Origin: Hyaloraphidium curvatum SAG 235-1
Lineage: Eukaryota; Fungi; Monoblepharomycota
Length of the DNA stretch: 64,000 nucleotides
NCBI GenBank assembly: GCA_025558095.1
Contig: JAIVFI010000030.1
Span: forward strand, 496,001-560,000
Direction: 5' to 3'
In this document: positions 12,330 through 23,332 of the stretch, in pieces
Numbering within the stretch: the first letter of the stretch is position 1
How the letters are laid out: every line of letters begins with the position of its first letter
Position numbers and translations under genes: made by a program
The notes under the pieces: generated by a model
Database searches by the model: none
What the model was told of the DNA's origin: nothing
The model's input: the letters and a program-made list of their open reading frames with translations, nothing else

Positions 12330-12815
12330 ATGGCGGCGTTCATTGAGCCGCCCTTCGCACCGGAGACGCAGGACCGGTTGCTCGAGCTCAACAACGCACA
12401 CGCGGTGGAGTTGTCCTACAAGACGCCGGAAGGCTTTGCGGACCTCTTTTCCCGCGCCTCGCACGTGCGGGCCGAGGCGGACGGACTCGCTCTGATTGTG
12501 GCATTCGATGAGACGTGCGACTACGACAACCCCAATTTCTCCTGGCTCAGGAAGCGCTTTCCGCGGTTCTATTACATAGACCGCGTCGTGGTGGGCGAAG
12601 CCGCGCGCGGGCGTGGGCTGGCGCGGCGCATGTACGCAGAACTCGAGCAGCGCACGCGCGCCGAGGGCCGCGAGCGGCTGGTCTGCGAGATCAATGCCGT
12701 GCCGCCGAACCCGCAGTCCGACGCTTTCCATCAGGCGCTGGGTTTTTTTCCAGTGGGTGAGCAGAAGCTCGGGGGCGGTAAGATCGTGAGGTACTGGGCG
12801 AAGGAGCTCGCTTAG
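12330..12815 (+). CDS. GNAT acetyltransferase (COG3818-like), intronless
   Basis: LNNAHAVELS, YIDRVVV..ARGRGLARRMY, CEINAVPPNPQSDAFHQALGF. Confidence 0.85.
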   Translation: MAAFIEPPFAPETQDRLLELNNAHAVELSYKTPEGFADLFSRASHVRAEADGLALIVAFDETCDYDNPNFSWLRKRFPRFYYIDRVVVGEAARGRGLARRMYAELEQRTRAEGRERLVCEINAVPPNPQSDAFHQALGFFPVGEQKLGGGKIVRYWAKELA

Positions 12816-13061
12816 ATTCGAGGTGCCGCGACCGGTTCCTAGCTCCTTTGCGACCTTGCGATGGCGTCAACGCGGATGTCGTTGTCCATGATGGCAGTGC
12901 TGTGCGCCGGGACTGGCCGCTCCTCAGATCCCCATGACTCAATGGTGCGCTAGTGCTAACCAACGTGATCCGCAATCCATCCTGCCTTCGTACGACCCAT
13001 CACCAAACTAGTTGTCTTCTTGCGAGCATCCCAAGTGCTTCCGACTCCACGTCGCCTCCAG

Positions 13062-14295
13062 TCATCCCTGAGCGCGCCAGGTGGCTTCCCACCCGTCCCT
13101 TTTTCCCGCCATCCATCCGCATTCCTCCCGCCCGGGAAGGAACCCTTGCACGCGTCCGAGAGCCCCTGCAATCGCCCTCCACTCGCCTTCGAGCCGCCTT
13201 ATCACCCATCCCCTGGGCCCGAGGGCGCGGAAGATGCCGGTGCCGAGGTTCAAGTCGAGGACGAGGACGTCGCCGCGGGGAAGCCCGTATGTGTTCGAAT
13301 CCGCCGCCTTGAGCAGGAGGAAAGACACGATGGGGTCGCCGGGAAGCGCAAAGAGCCGCGAAACGGGAAGCGCGGTCGACGCGCGGTTGCTGCCGTCCGA
13401 GAAAAGGTATCCTCGGGACGGGCACGAGCGCGGACGCACCAGGTGCGGCCCGGAAGCGTCCTTCTTGATCGCTGCGATGGGAAGAGATGCGATGATGTCC
13501 GCCGTCTCGGCGTCGTCGAGATCGGGGCCCGCGGCGGTGACTTCGCGGTGCACGTGTCCGCACTCGTGCTCCTTGCACTTGATCTTGGAGCAGCGCGTTC
13601 CGTTGAGGCACAGACGTGTCGGATGTGAACTGCAGCCCCGGGAAAGCGGCCCAGACGCCCTGTTCGCCGCCTTTCGCGACCGGCCTGACAAGACCTCGGC
13701 TGATGTCCAGATCCAGCGAGCGCATCATGGTCTCCGCAGCGCCGCTTCCACTGAGTTGCGGGCAAGGCATGAACATGCGACGGCCTTCCGTGAACTTGCC
13801 CTCGAAAAAGATCTCGAGCTGGCCGGGGACCTCGCCGTTCTTGGCCCAGAGGAACAGCAAGACGGACTCGCGGTCCTTCTTCCGGCCTTCCACCTTCTGG
13901 TTGAACATCCAGAGCGCCATGGAGTCCTCCGGACCTTCATCGTCTCTGAGTTGAATCTGCGGGCACTTTCCGAGGGAACCGTTGGGCCTGGCACGGAGGG
14001 GTTGCGCAAGGGCCGCAAGAGCGAAGTCGAGAAGGAACCTCGATGCCGAGCAGAGCGACTTGTGCTCGGCCCACGCAGCGACCTGGCACGGCTTGGAACA
14101 GTACCACGCCGACTTGCACGCGCCGCAGGCGAAGAGTTTCGGCGACGGAAGGCCGCACCGGGCACACGCGGCGGGGCCGGTGGACTGCATCGAGTCCGGG
14201 CAGAACCCGAAGATGGGCTCGCTGTGCTCGTCGCCGTGTTCGTCACCGTGCGCGTTGTGGTGCTTGTCGCGGTGCTCTTCCCTGCGGGGCGGCAT
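13062..14295 (-). pseudogene. MYND zinc-finger protein, frameshifted paralogue of 16344-17537
   Basis: CARC..CGACKSAWYCSKPCQ..W..HK..C; homology with the paralogue switches frame near 13600. Confidence 0.7.
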
Positions 14296-14572
14296 GGTGG
14301 AGAGGTGTGGTTGGCGTCCAGCTGGCGGTGGAAGAGCTGTGTTTTGGAGGCGTCGATGACGCGCAAACCCAACACCACTAATAGGCACTCTTTGCGCCAC
14401 TCGAGCGCCAATGGAGGCAATATTGTAATTCAAGAGGGGCCTCGGACGAGCGGTAGAGGTCATGGCGCTCGTTGTAGACGACGGAGACCGAACTGCGCGT
14501 GATTCTCAGATCCGTTTCGCGTGATCACAGGACAAGAGGTCAAAAGGACATTATCCATCTCTGCGCTGTCTG

Positions 14573-16161
14573 CTACCTCGCTCTCCCCCGGCGGCCGTCT
14601 TGCTCCGGCTCCCGTCGGCCTTGCGTTCCTTTCCTGCCACACCATCGCCCAAACCCTTCTTCGCGCAACGCGGCCGCAGTGGCGGCGCGCCTCGTCTGCA
14701 GAAAGTCGGCCACCTCCCGCTCGACCTTTTCTGCCAGATCGATGCGACCCGCGGTCCGGTAGTATCTCGCGATCGTGGCAGAGTGGTTCGGCGAGCGCTC
14801 CATCCCCTCCCGCTCCATCCTTTCCACCAGCCGATCACCGGCTTCAAAGTCCCTGCGGTACATCGCATCACTCAGCAACCCGTCGAGCATCACCGACGTG
14901 GGTCGTATGCTAAACGGTTCGGCGGAGAAGCAGTCCAGGGCGGCGTGGGCGAGGCGGTGGTGCCGCCACGTAGTTGCCGCCTCGATCGCTGTGCCGACGA
15001 CGAAGTTGTTCAGGGCTTCCTCGCACCGGCGAGGGGCGGAGGCAAACCGCAGGATCTGCACGATCTTGCGGGCGGGCGACACGGACCCCGGCGCAAGACC
15101 GGGGCGGTAGAGCTCGGCAAACCGCGGGGGTTCCGAAGCTGCTAGTGCATCGCGCAGGGCTCCCGTGGGGTCGTCGGCACGCTCGATATCCAAAAGCGCG
15201 TTATCGTCGTCCGGTATGGCGGCCCTGCTACCCGGATCGAACCGCAGCTCGCCCCAGTGGGGCACGGCCAGGTCCGCCACCCAGCCCGCGGTTCGGGCGT
15301 ACCCCGGCAGATCCTCCGAACGCGATAGTTTGGCCTCCTGCACGGCATTCAGGAGGATGTTAATGACGTAGGCGTTGGTCCTGAACCCCGAGACGACCTG
15401 GGAACACTCGTGGAGCAGCCTCAGGGTGGCGGTGTAGTTGCCCTCCGTCGCGACACGCCGCACAAGCGCCGTGAGCGTCTTGATGCTTATGGGGACACCC
15501 CCCTTAGACAGAGACAGAAAGTTCATCACCTGCGGCACTGTGTGCTGTCGCGGATCCGCTGTTCAGCCGGGGCGACGCGTCTCAAACCACTTGCGTGCAC
15601 TCACACAAGGCGGTAATCGTTCAACTGCACGAAACGCGTCCCCGCCGTGTTCGCAACCGTCACCCGCGCGGCGATACAATCCTCGAACACCCGGAGCATC
15701 CTCGTGCACGCCTTGTCCGCGAGGGCCTTGGCCCCAGGATCGAGCAGCGCCGCGCCCAGGACCTCGCGCGACCTGGCCTGCTCCTCGACCGCGTGCGACG
15801 CAAGAAAGTAGCCAAAGGTGTCGATGTCGAACGGCGACAGGCCCCGTGCCGATCCCAGCTCGTTGTACGCCTCCCACGCCGCGTCCGCCAACTCGGATTC
15901 CTTGAGGGGGCTATGATCCAGCGCCTTCAAAGCGACCCGGAACCGCGCCACTGGGGCGTCCCGTCCAAAATGTGTCGACACCCGGCGGCATGCCTGCACC
16001 GGGCCGGCTTTGACCGGGGGAAGAGGGGCGGGAATCGCGTGGAACGGCGCGCGGTCCCGCGCGTTTGCGGCGACGCATCGCGGCGTGGAGGCCCAATGCG
16101 GCGCCGTTGGAGCATTAGGAAATAGCCGCGCCGGGTGGGTAAGGCGGCGGAGGGCCCTCAT
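14573..16161 (-). CDS. Putative mitochondrial PPR-like helical-repeat protein, spliced; 3' end uncertain
   Basis: Arg-rich presequence MRALRRLTHPARLF; degenerate PPR-like repeats (TNAYVINILLNA, PTSVMLDGLLS..MEREGM); intron near 15530-15604. Confidence 0.5.
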
Positions 16162-16343
16162 GTCGCGGGCAGGTTGGAATGGAGTGACGCGTTCCGTGGG
16201 GAACGAGCGGCGACTGCACGATGCGATCCGGGCCGCCAGGACCAGCGAACGTCCTCGCGAACGATCCATTGTAGACCCGTCCACCTTGCTGAGCGACGTT
16301 TCGAGCTGCATTCTCAGCTCGCACGGATAAACGACAGCCTTCG

Positions 16344-17537
16344 TTACCCGTGAGCACGCCACATCGCGTCCCATCCGTCCCTCGTCCCGTCCATCCAGCC
16401 GCACTCGTTCCTCTTTCCCTTCAATTCCGGCACGGTCCCGAATCCAGCGGCAAATGCTGTCCATCCCGGGTTCAGCCTTCGAAGCACCCATCCGCTGGAA
16501 ACGAGAGCGCGAAAGACGCCAGTGCCGATGTTGACGTCCAGCACGAGGATTTCGCCGCGCGGAAGCTTGAACACGTTGCCTTCCGATGCCTTGAGAAAGA
16601 GGAACGAGACGACGGGGTCGCCAGGAAGCGCAAAGAGCCGCAAGCCGGGAAGGGCGGTCGAGGCGCGGTTGCTGCCGTCGGGAAAGAGGTAACCATGGGA
16701 AGGAGACGAGCCCGGACGCACAAGGTATCTCGAACTCGAAGAGCCGTCTTCCTTTGCAGCAGGAATGGGGAGGGCGGAGATGATCACGGCCGTTAACGCG
16801 TCGTCCTGAAGGAGTGCCGCGGCCGTCATGGCACGGTGCACGTGGCCGCACTCATGCTTTGCACACTTCCTCGCCGAGCACCGCTTGCCGCGGCGCGGCT
16901 CGGAAGTGTTCGTGGTAAAGTCCAGGCCGGGGAACGCGGTCCAGCCGAGGTCACCGCTGACGATCCGCACCCCCACGAGTCCCCTGGAGGCGTCCAAGTG
17001 CAGATTACGCAGAAGCACGCTCCGGGCGTCGTTCTCCTTCAGCGATGAGCAGTCCACGAAATTGTACTTCCGTTCGTTGATGACGGTCTGGTAGCTGATC
17101 TCGAGCAGGCCGACAACATCCGGCACGGGACTCGACAGGAAAAGCACGGCGGTGTTCCGTTCCTTTTCGCTTTCCCCGAGCTTGTGGTTGTGCAGCCACA
17201 AGGAGACGGTGCCTTCGGGCCCATGGTCGTCGCGCAGCTGGATCTGGGGGCAAGCGACGTCGGTCCCGTTGGGCGTCGCGGAGAGAGGTTGCGCAACCGC
17301 CGCCCCGGCGAAGTCGAGCAGATGCCTCAGTATCGGGCAGGCGAGCTTGTGCTCGCGCCAGGCCGCGGTCTGGCACGCCTTCTGGCAGTACGTCACCGAC
17401 CGGCACGCACCGCATGTGAGGAGCTTCGCCGACGGCACGCCGCAGCGGGCGATCGCGGCGCGGCCGGCGGACTCCATGGAATCTGGGCAGAACGCAAAGA
17501 TGGGGTCGGTGCGCTCGGGATCCTGGTCGCGGGACAT
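16344..17537 (-). CDS. MYND zinc-finger protein with unknown C-terminal domain
   Basis: CGACRSVTYCQKACQTAAWREHKLAC; collinear with the 13062-14295 copy. Confidence 0.75.
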   Translation of the reverse strand: MSRDQDPERTDPIFAFCPDSMESAGRAAIARCGVPSAKLLTCGACRSVTYCQKACQTAAWREHKLACPILRHLLDFAGAAVAQPLSATPNGTDVACPQIQLRDDHGPEGTVSLWLHNHKLGESEKERNTAVLFLSSPVPDVVGLLEISYQTVINERKYNFVDCSSLKENDARSVLLRNLHLDASRGLVGVRIVSGDLGWTAFPGLDFTTNTSEPRRGKRCSARKCAKHECGHVHRAMTAAALLQDDALTAVIISALPIPAAKEDGSSSSRYLVRPGSSPSHGYLFPDGSNRASTALPGLRLFALPGDPVVSFLFLKASEGNVFKLPRGEILVLDVNIGTGVFRALVSSGWVLRRLNPGWTAFAAGFGTVPELKGKRNECGWMDGTRDGWDAMWRAHG

Positions 17538-17579
17538 GGCTTGTTTTGCAGTGGGGCGTCGCGTGACCGGGGCGGGTGC

Positions 17580-17751
17580 CTGCAGTTCAACGAAGGTTCT
17601 CCAATTCGAAGCAGGTTGCCGACTGCCCGCGCGCGAAGAAAACAACGCGCCCCAAAGCGAGCAGTGCCGCAGTGCTCGAGGTCACTGCATTACCTCCTGA
17701 GCCCGGAGAGCGGGAGGTCTGCCAACTCCCAACCGATGCCCTCGCCTTACC
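17580..17751 (-). repeat. Direct repeat copy A (~172 nt), shaped like a GTAAG...CTGCAG intron
   Basis: Near-identical over ~145 nt to 19248-19421. Confidence 0.85.
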
Positions 17752-18916
17752 GGTCTCTTGGCGAGCGGCGGCCCCGGTCGACGTCGACGTTGACGTTACT
17801 CACCTACGAATCCCCAATACAGTCCAAGATCCGCGTCCAGAGAGATCCAAGTCGGTGGGGGACAACGGATCGGGGCGGAAGGGAGGCAGGTGTGAGAAAA
17901 CGTCGACAAGGGCAAAAGACGTGTCGACTGGGGGCCGCGCGCCGCTAGGAGACCGTGCTGACGTTTGCGCGATCCAGCGGAGAGGGCGCGGGGTACCGGC
18001 AGCTGAGGTCCGGACTCACGGAATGGCACGCGGGGGCGGGCGATCGGCGATTGCGCCATGCCGAAGCCGCTCACTGCCACAAGCCTCTGCCGGTTGGCGT
18101 TGCGCTAGCAGGCGATCGCGCAACGCAGAACCTGCTGAGGCAGGGCGCCCATGGAGGCGAACAACAGGCCAGTACCGTCGACGTTGATTCCCAAGACCAG
18201 CGGCAAGGACCGGGCTTGGATGATTTCGAAAAACCCCCGGAGGCGCGCTGGTTGGCACTGCCGCAGTCGTGCAAGAACGAAACGTAGCAGGCGGCGGAGT
18301 GAGGGCCAAGGACCAGTCCGTGTGTACGGAATGAAGCCCTGGTTGGAAGAGACGGAAGGGGCCAAGTGGCGATCGGAGAGTATAGTGCGGTTGCGGCCTG
18401 GCGGGCGAGCTGTACGCGGGAGAAGCATCCCCACCCACCAGGCCGCAACCGGTGGGTGGGAGACGCTAGCCGTACTGCAGGGAGAGATACTGGCCAGATG
18501 AGTGGTCTGCGTGACTCGAAATCAATTCACCCGCGCACTCGTCTCGTACAGTTCGCGTCGTCGCAAGGACGAAATGCATGTAGGAAACAGATGTGGTAGC
18601 CAGACCAAGTGCTCGCATCCGGATAGGAGGGAATAGGGGGAGAGGAAGGAGTAGGACCGCTGGAGGCCAACCCGGCCACTACGTTGCCAGGCGGCATCGC
18701 AGACTCGGCTGTTGCTGCGGAGGAGTGAGAACCTCCGTGGTCTGACGAGGTCGACGCGGGATGAACGAGACCGCGATCGGTGTCAATCATAAAGCCGGAA
18801 CCAGGATGGAGATATCAGCGGCCGAGAGGCCGAAAGAAGGTAAAAGACGTGCCCAGGCCCCCGCGATGAGCAAGGAGCAAAAACGGTGCAGACGGTGGTG
18901 TACGCGAGGGACGAGG

Positions 18917-19183
18917 GAGGCCTGCTGCGCGGCGGCGGACGTGTGTCCGGCTCGACGACAGGGAAGAGTGCGTACGGGGCCGGGCGACCCAGAGAGAAGG
19001 CCCGAGAGCTCGCCACGGGGAGCCGGGTCCGGCGGGAGGTGTAGACGTGAGGTACGAGCGAGGCCTGCGCGGCGGCGGGCGTGTGTCGGCGTCGACGACA
19101 GGGAAGAGTGCGTACAGGGCCGGGCGACCCAGAGCGAAGGCCCGAGAGCTCGCCACGGGGAGCCGGGTCCCGCGGGAGGTGTG
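18917..19183. repeat. Two-copy tandem repeat, period ~143 bp
   Basis: cgacgacagggaagagtgcgtac...gaaggcccgagagctcgccacggggagccgggtcc appears twice. Confidence 0.85.
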
Positions 19184-19247
19184 AAGTAAAGACCTAGGCT
19201 CGCGCCGGACGTGCCAGTCCGGCGGCCACAGGCGTGGGACACCGTCC

Positions 19248-19421
19248 CTGCAGTTCTAATCTGCGTGCTCGAAGCAGGTTGCCGACTGCCCGCGCGCGAA
19301 GAAAACAACGCGCCCCAAAGCGAGCAGTGCCGCAGTGCTCGAGGTCACTGCATTACCTCCTGAGCCCGGAGGCCCAAGAGCGGGAGGTCTGCCAACTCCC
19401 AACCGATGCCCTCGCCTTACC
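19248..19421 (-). repeat. Direct repeat copy B (~173 nt)
   Basis: Matches 17580-17751 with a short insertion. Confidence 0.85.
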
Positions 19422-19655
19422 AATTCAAAACGTGATTGAAAAACATTGGTTCTTCCTCGCTGCCGCCAAGCTGTCGCAACCTGCCTGCTATATTGTCCTG
19501 AGTACTATCACCCTACTTCCCTCGCAAAGCTGCGATCGCGAACGCATGCGAAGCTCCGATTCCGTGTGCAAGATGGAAAGAGAAGGACGAGGAGCTACTG
19601 TGAAAGCGTCAGAGTCAAACTCCAGAGGCAGGATGCGATCTACCTTGGTGAATGA

Positions 19656-20528
19656 TCACCCTCCCCAGGTGCCTCCCTCGGCCACCGCTGCGGCGGCCTT
19701 GTCGTCACGGCGACGCCTCGCGCTGCTACCGCTACCGCCACCGCCACCACCGCCGCCGTGCGGGGGGGGCGGAGGGGTCGGCTCGACGTATCCGAAGCCC
19801 CAGCAGCTGCCTTGGGGAATGCAGATGTTCCTTGCCTGGCCGATCGACGAAGTGCAGCAGGTTTCCATGATGCAGACCTCGCCGTTCCTGCAGTCGATCG
19901 AGCGCTTGCAATCGACGACTCCCGTAGTGTAGCAGCTCCCGATCTGCGAGCAGAAACCGCCGCCCTCGGCGGTCAGCGTGCAGCGGCAGAGGTTGTTGGC
20001 GGGGTCGCAGTGCGCGAGGGTCGGGGTGTTCTCCCAGATGAAAGAGCCGCGAACGCAGGTGCCGACCGTTCCATTGCCGTTGTCGATCGCACAACCCGAG
20101 CTGCACCGGCCCTGGTCGCAGGTCGCACCGATGCGGCACTGGGAACGAAGCGTGTGAGGCGATCACCTGGCAAACGCACGTTTGACGAAATGGAACCTTG
20201 ACGTCACAGTTGCCGCAGTGCATAGGGTCCGTCCTAAGCAGCGCGACGAGGCTTCGTTAGAGTCGTGTCGGGTGCGAGCAGCGGACGATGCCGACAGGTA
20301 GTTCACGCAAATCAGAGTGTTGTCAGTTCCGTTGTAGCCGCAGACCTTCTGGGTTCCTGGGAAGGGGCAGTGGTCGACAGTCTGAGCCGAGAGGGCGAAG
20401 ATCGTTGTTAGGCAGACGGCGGCCGAGGAACCGCGCGGGACACCCACGACGTCGTGCATAGCGCCCGCGGACGAAACGAGAAGCGCGATGACGGCGACGA
20501 AGACGGGAAGCAGGCCTTTGGCGAGCAT
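19656..20528 (-). CDS. Secreted Cys-rich protein with STIG1-like motif, spliced
   Basis: Signal peptide MLAKGLLPVFVAVIALLVSSAGA; CVNYL/TDPMHCGNC..C..GATCDQGRC; many further Cys; Pro/Gly tail. Confidence 0.6.
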
Positions 20529-20848
20529 CTTGATTGGACTGGAAGTTGGTGTCGATCGATGGTGCGTCGTCGTCGAATCGCCCTTTTGGGTTCGCGGGGA
20601 GGGTGAATAGGCCGATGACAGGGAATCGCCGAAGTCAGCCCCCGTCCGAAAAAATCCCGAAGCAATGCACTCATTGCGAGACGGAGCGATGTTGTGTGCT
20701 TCCAGCAGCTCGCCTTTCCTAGATGCCGCGGGGACATGCATTGCCGGGGCCGGGTGCATGCAGTGATTTGTAATCGCGGCTCTGGCGACACGCCGACAAA
20801 CTGCAGCCGGCCCCTCTGAAAACCGGGCCGGCCGCAATTGGACATGCT

Positions 20849-23145
20849 TCATTCCGTGTCCCAGTTCGTAGGGCGACCGACCGCCCATCCGCACCTCTTC
20901 CCGGCCGGCCCCTTCGCAGTCGCCTCGGAATAGGCCTTCCCCGCGCCCTCCGCGATGCCCGATACGTGCCCCGGGGCGGATCCGACCGCCGCGTTGGAGA
21001 AGCCGGTCTTGAGGTAGCACTCCCCCGAGGGATTGAGCGTCCACATGACGCAGGGGCCCGAAGCAGGCGAGTGGTTGCCCAGCGTCCGGAAGGGGGTTGC
21101 GGTGCGGTTGTGGAACTCGGGGATCGGCTGCAGGGGCGTCGAGATGGTGCCCGGAAGGTCGACGATCCGAGGCAGGGCGCGGCATGCAGCCAGGCAGCGG
21201 AGCGCCAGCGCGACGCGGGCCCGGGCCGGCGATTTCGAGGACAGCACCTCGTTCGGCAGCGCCCTGACTGCGAGGAGCACCTTTGTCGTGTGGTGCGGGT
21301 ATGCCCCCCTGCCGGCGAGCAGCAGTTTCAGCTCCTTCTCCGACTCGGCGAGGAAGGCGGCCTCGGTGGTCCCCGGCGGCGCCTTGGAGAGCACCAGCGC
21401 GTCCATGTCGCCCCGGTTCGTGTCCCACTCGAAGCCGCCCTCGGCTTCCCGCAGCTTCGCATCCTCGCCCGTGTCGTAGAAGAGGCGCCACATGTCGGCG
21501 TTGGTCACGAATCCCCCGGCCGATTCCGGTTTGCTCGCGACCCTCCAGATCCGGGGGTACGCGGCCGGAGGAACGAGGTGGTATACGAGCACCGGATCGC
21601 AGGCCCGCCCGAAGGAATGCCACAACCCCTGCGGGCCGATGTGCATCCGGCCAATCACCTCCTGGCCCCACCACAGGCGGATCCCGGCATCGTAGAGGAA
21701 GATGGCCACCCGCGCATCCCCGGCCCAGCAGTCCCGCGTCTTTGCCGCCCCCGCACGGGCGTAGGGGAGCGCGCGGAGCATGGCCCCGCGGGAGAGGAAG
21801 AAGCCCGCGCCCGAGGCGAAGCGGAGGTACGTCTCGCGATCGTCCGCGCGGGGTTCCCAGTAGCAGCCCGAGAAGCGCATGGCCTTGCCGATGTAGTACG
21901 GCTCCTCATGCTTGAAAAAGGTGGAGAGGTGGAGGTACATGGCGGGGACAAAGGCGAAGGAGTCGTCGTCGACCATGACGAACCATTTCGCGTCGGGGAA
22001 GCGGTTCCAGAGCTCCACGAGGCCGGGGATGAACTTAGCCTGGTCAGATTCCCAACCCTGCCGGGTCCCTCCGTCCCCGCGTTTCCTCAATCTCCTCCTC
22101 CGGCCGCCCTCCTTCAGCCTCTTCTCCTTCCTCTCTTCCTTCCTCTTCCACTCGAACGCGGTCTCCAAGTCGTCGGCTTTACGCCGCGCTTCCTCCCACA
22201 CGCCCGGCTCCCAGCGGTCACGGTGCCGCACCTCGAGCTCAGCGACCTGAAGCGTCTTCGCGTCGGGGTCCCTGGCGTCGGGCGGGACGGAGCGAAAGAG
22301 GGCCCCCGTGACGTCAAACACGCGGTACCTCAGCTTCCCGAGGGCCACGATGAAGTCCTTGGCGCCCGTGCCGACGAGGGCCTGGCCGTTCTTGGCGTCA
22401 AAGATCCGCGTGTCGGCGTACCGAGGGTCCAGCTCCGACTCGTTGTACGAGCCGCCACCGTCCGTTATCAGCAGCACGTTGCACAGTTCGGGAACGTAGG
22501 TGCTCAGGACCGCGGGCAGCCTGCGATGCGCCACGCCCCGCCCGGTCTTGACTGCCACGGCGAGGTGCGGGAAGCGGCACTCTCGCGCCGCCAGAGATGT
22601 CCGATGCTCAGAGCGGCCCAAGGAGTTGGCCGACGGACGCCGCGCCGTGGGCCTGTCGTCGGCAGGACGCCCCCACTTTCGGCCTGCCCGAACTTGAAAC
22701 GCGGCATGTTCAAAGAATGAGGCACGTCCACGGGCGCCGGCCGCTCGCCAGGGATCCCGCCCTTCTGCCCCGCGTCCGCCTTCACCGCGGTTGCATCCTC
22801 ACTGTCCTTTGACGCTGCTTCGGGCTCGGGCGGTTTGGCTGCCTCGCCGCGTTGCCCGAGCTCCTGCTCCAAGTCGTCGACCTCCTTGAAACCCCACAAT
22901 CGTTGCTTCGACGCGCCGCGGGCCGGCAACGACGCGTCTTCCGGCGAATGAATCTCGATCGTGGGTTCCAGGACGTCCGCCGGCCGCGTCGGAGTCTCAT
23001 GGCCGGGGGGGAGTGGATTCGCGTCCTCGTCTGGTTCCGCGCCCCCGCTCCCCGCTCGCCGAGTCCATATCGCGAATGCGGGGAAGGAAATGAAAACCAG
23101 CGGCACCGCGAGCCGCAAGATGGCTCGAGGGCCTAGGCGGACCAT
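20849..23145 (-). CDS. Type II membrane glycosyltransferase family 31 (Fringe/core-1 GalT-like) with C-terminal PAN-like motif
   Basis: N-terminal TM helix; AVAVKT, AKWFVMVDDDSF (DxD), YYIGK, FASGAGFFLSRGAM, WAGDARVA; two ORFs need one intron near 22.6 kb. Confidence 0.8.
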
Positions 23146-23332
23146 CCGCGGTCGGCACCGAGCCCACTTAAGTCGCTCCTGCAGTTGCTCCGCAAAACGC
23201 CGCTCTCCTTGCTAACTCACCCATGGAACGATACAAGATCGCACTCGATTGAACAAAACAATGACAGTACATGCAGATCCACGCTATCCGTCTCGCCCAC
23301 AACACCCTTGGCTCGCCTCATCCTCATGGCGC

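Noticed and set aside
18742-18772. CTGACGA as a hammerhead ribozyme core (retrozyme idea)
   Set aside because: No correctly placed GAAA or stems I/III
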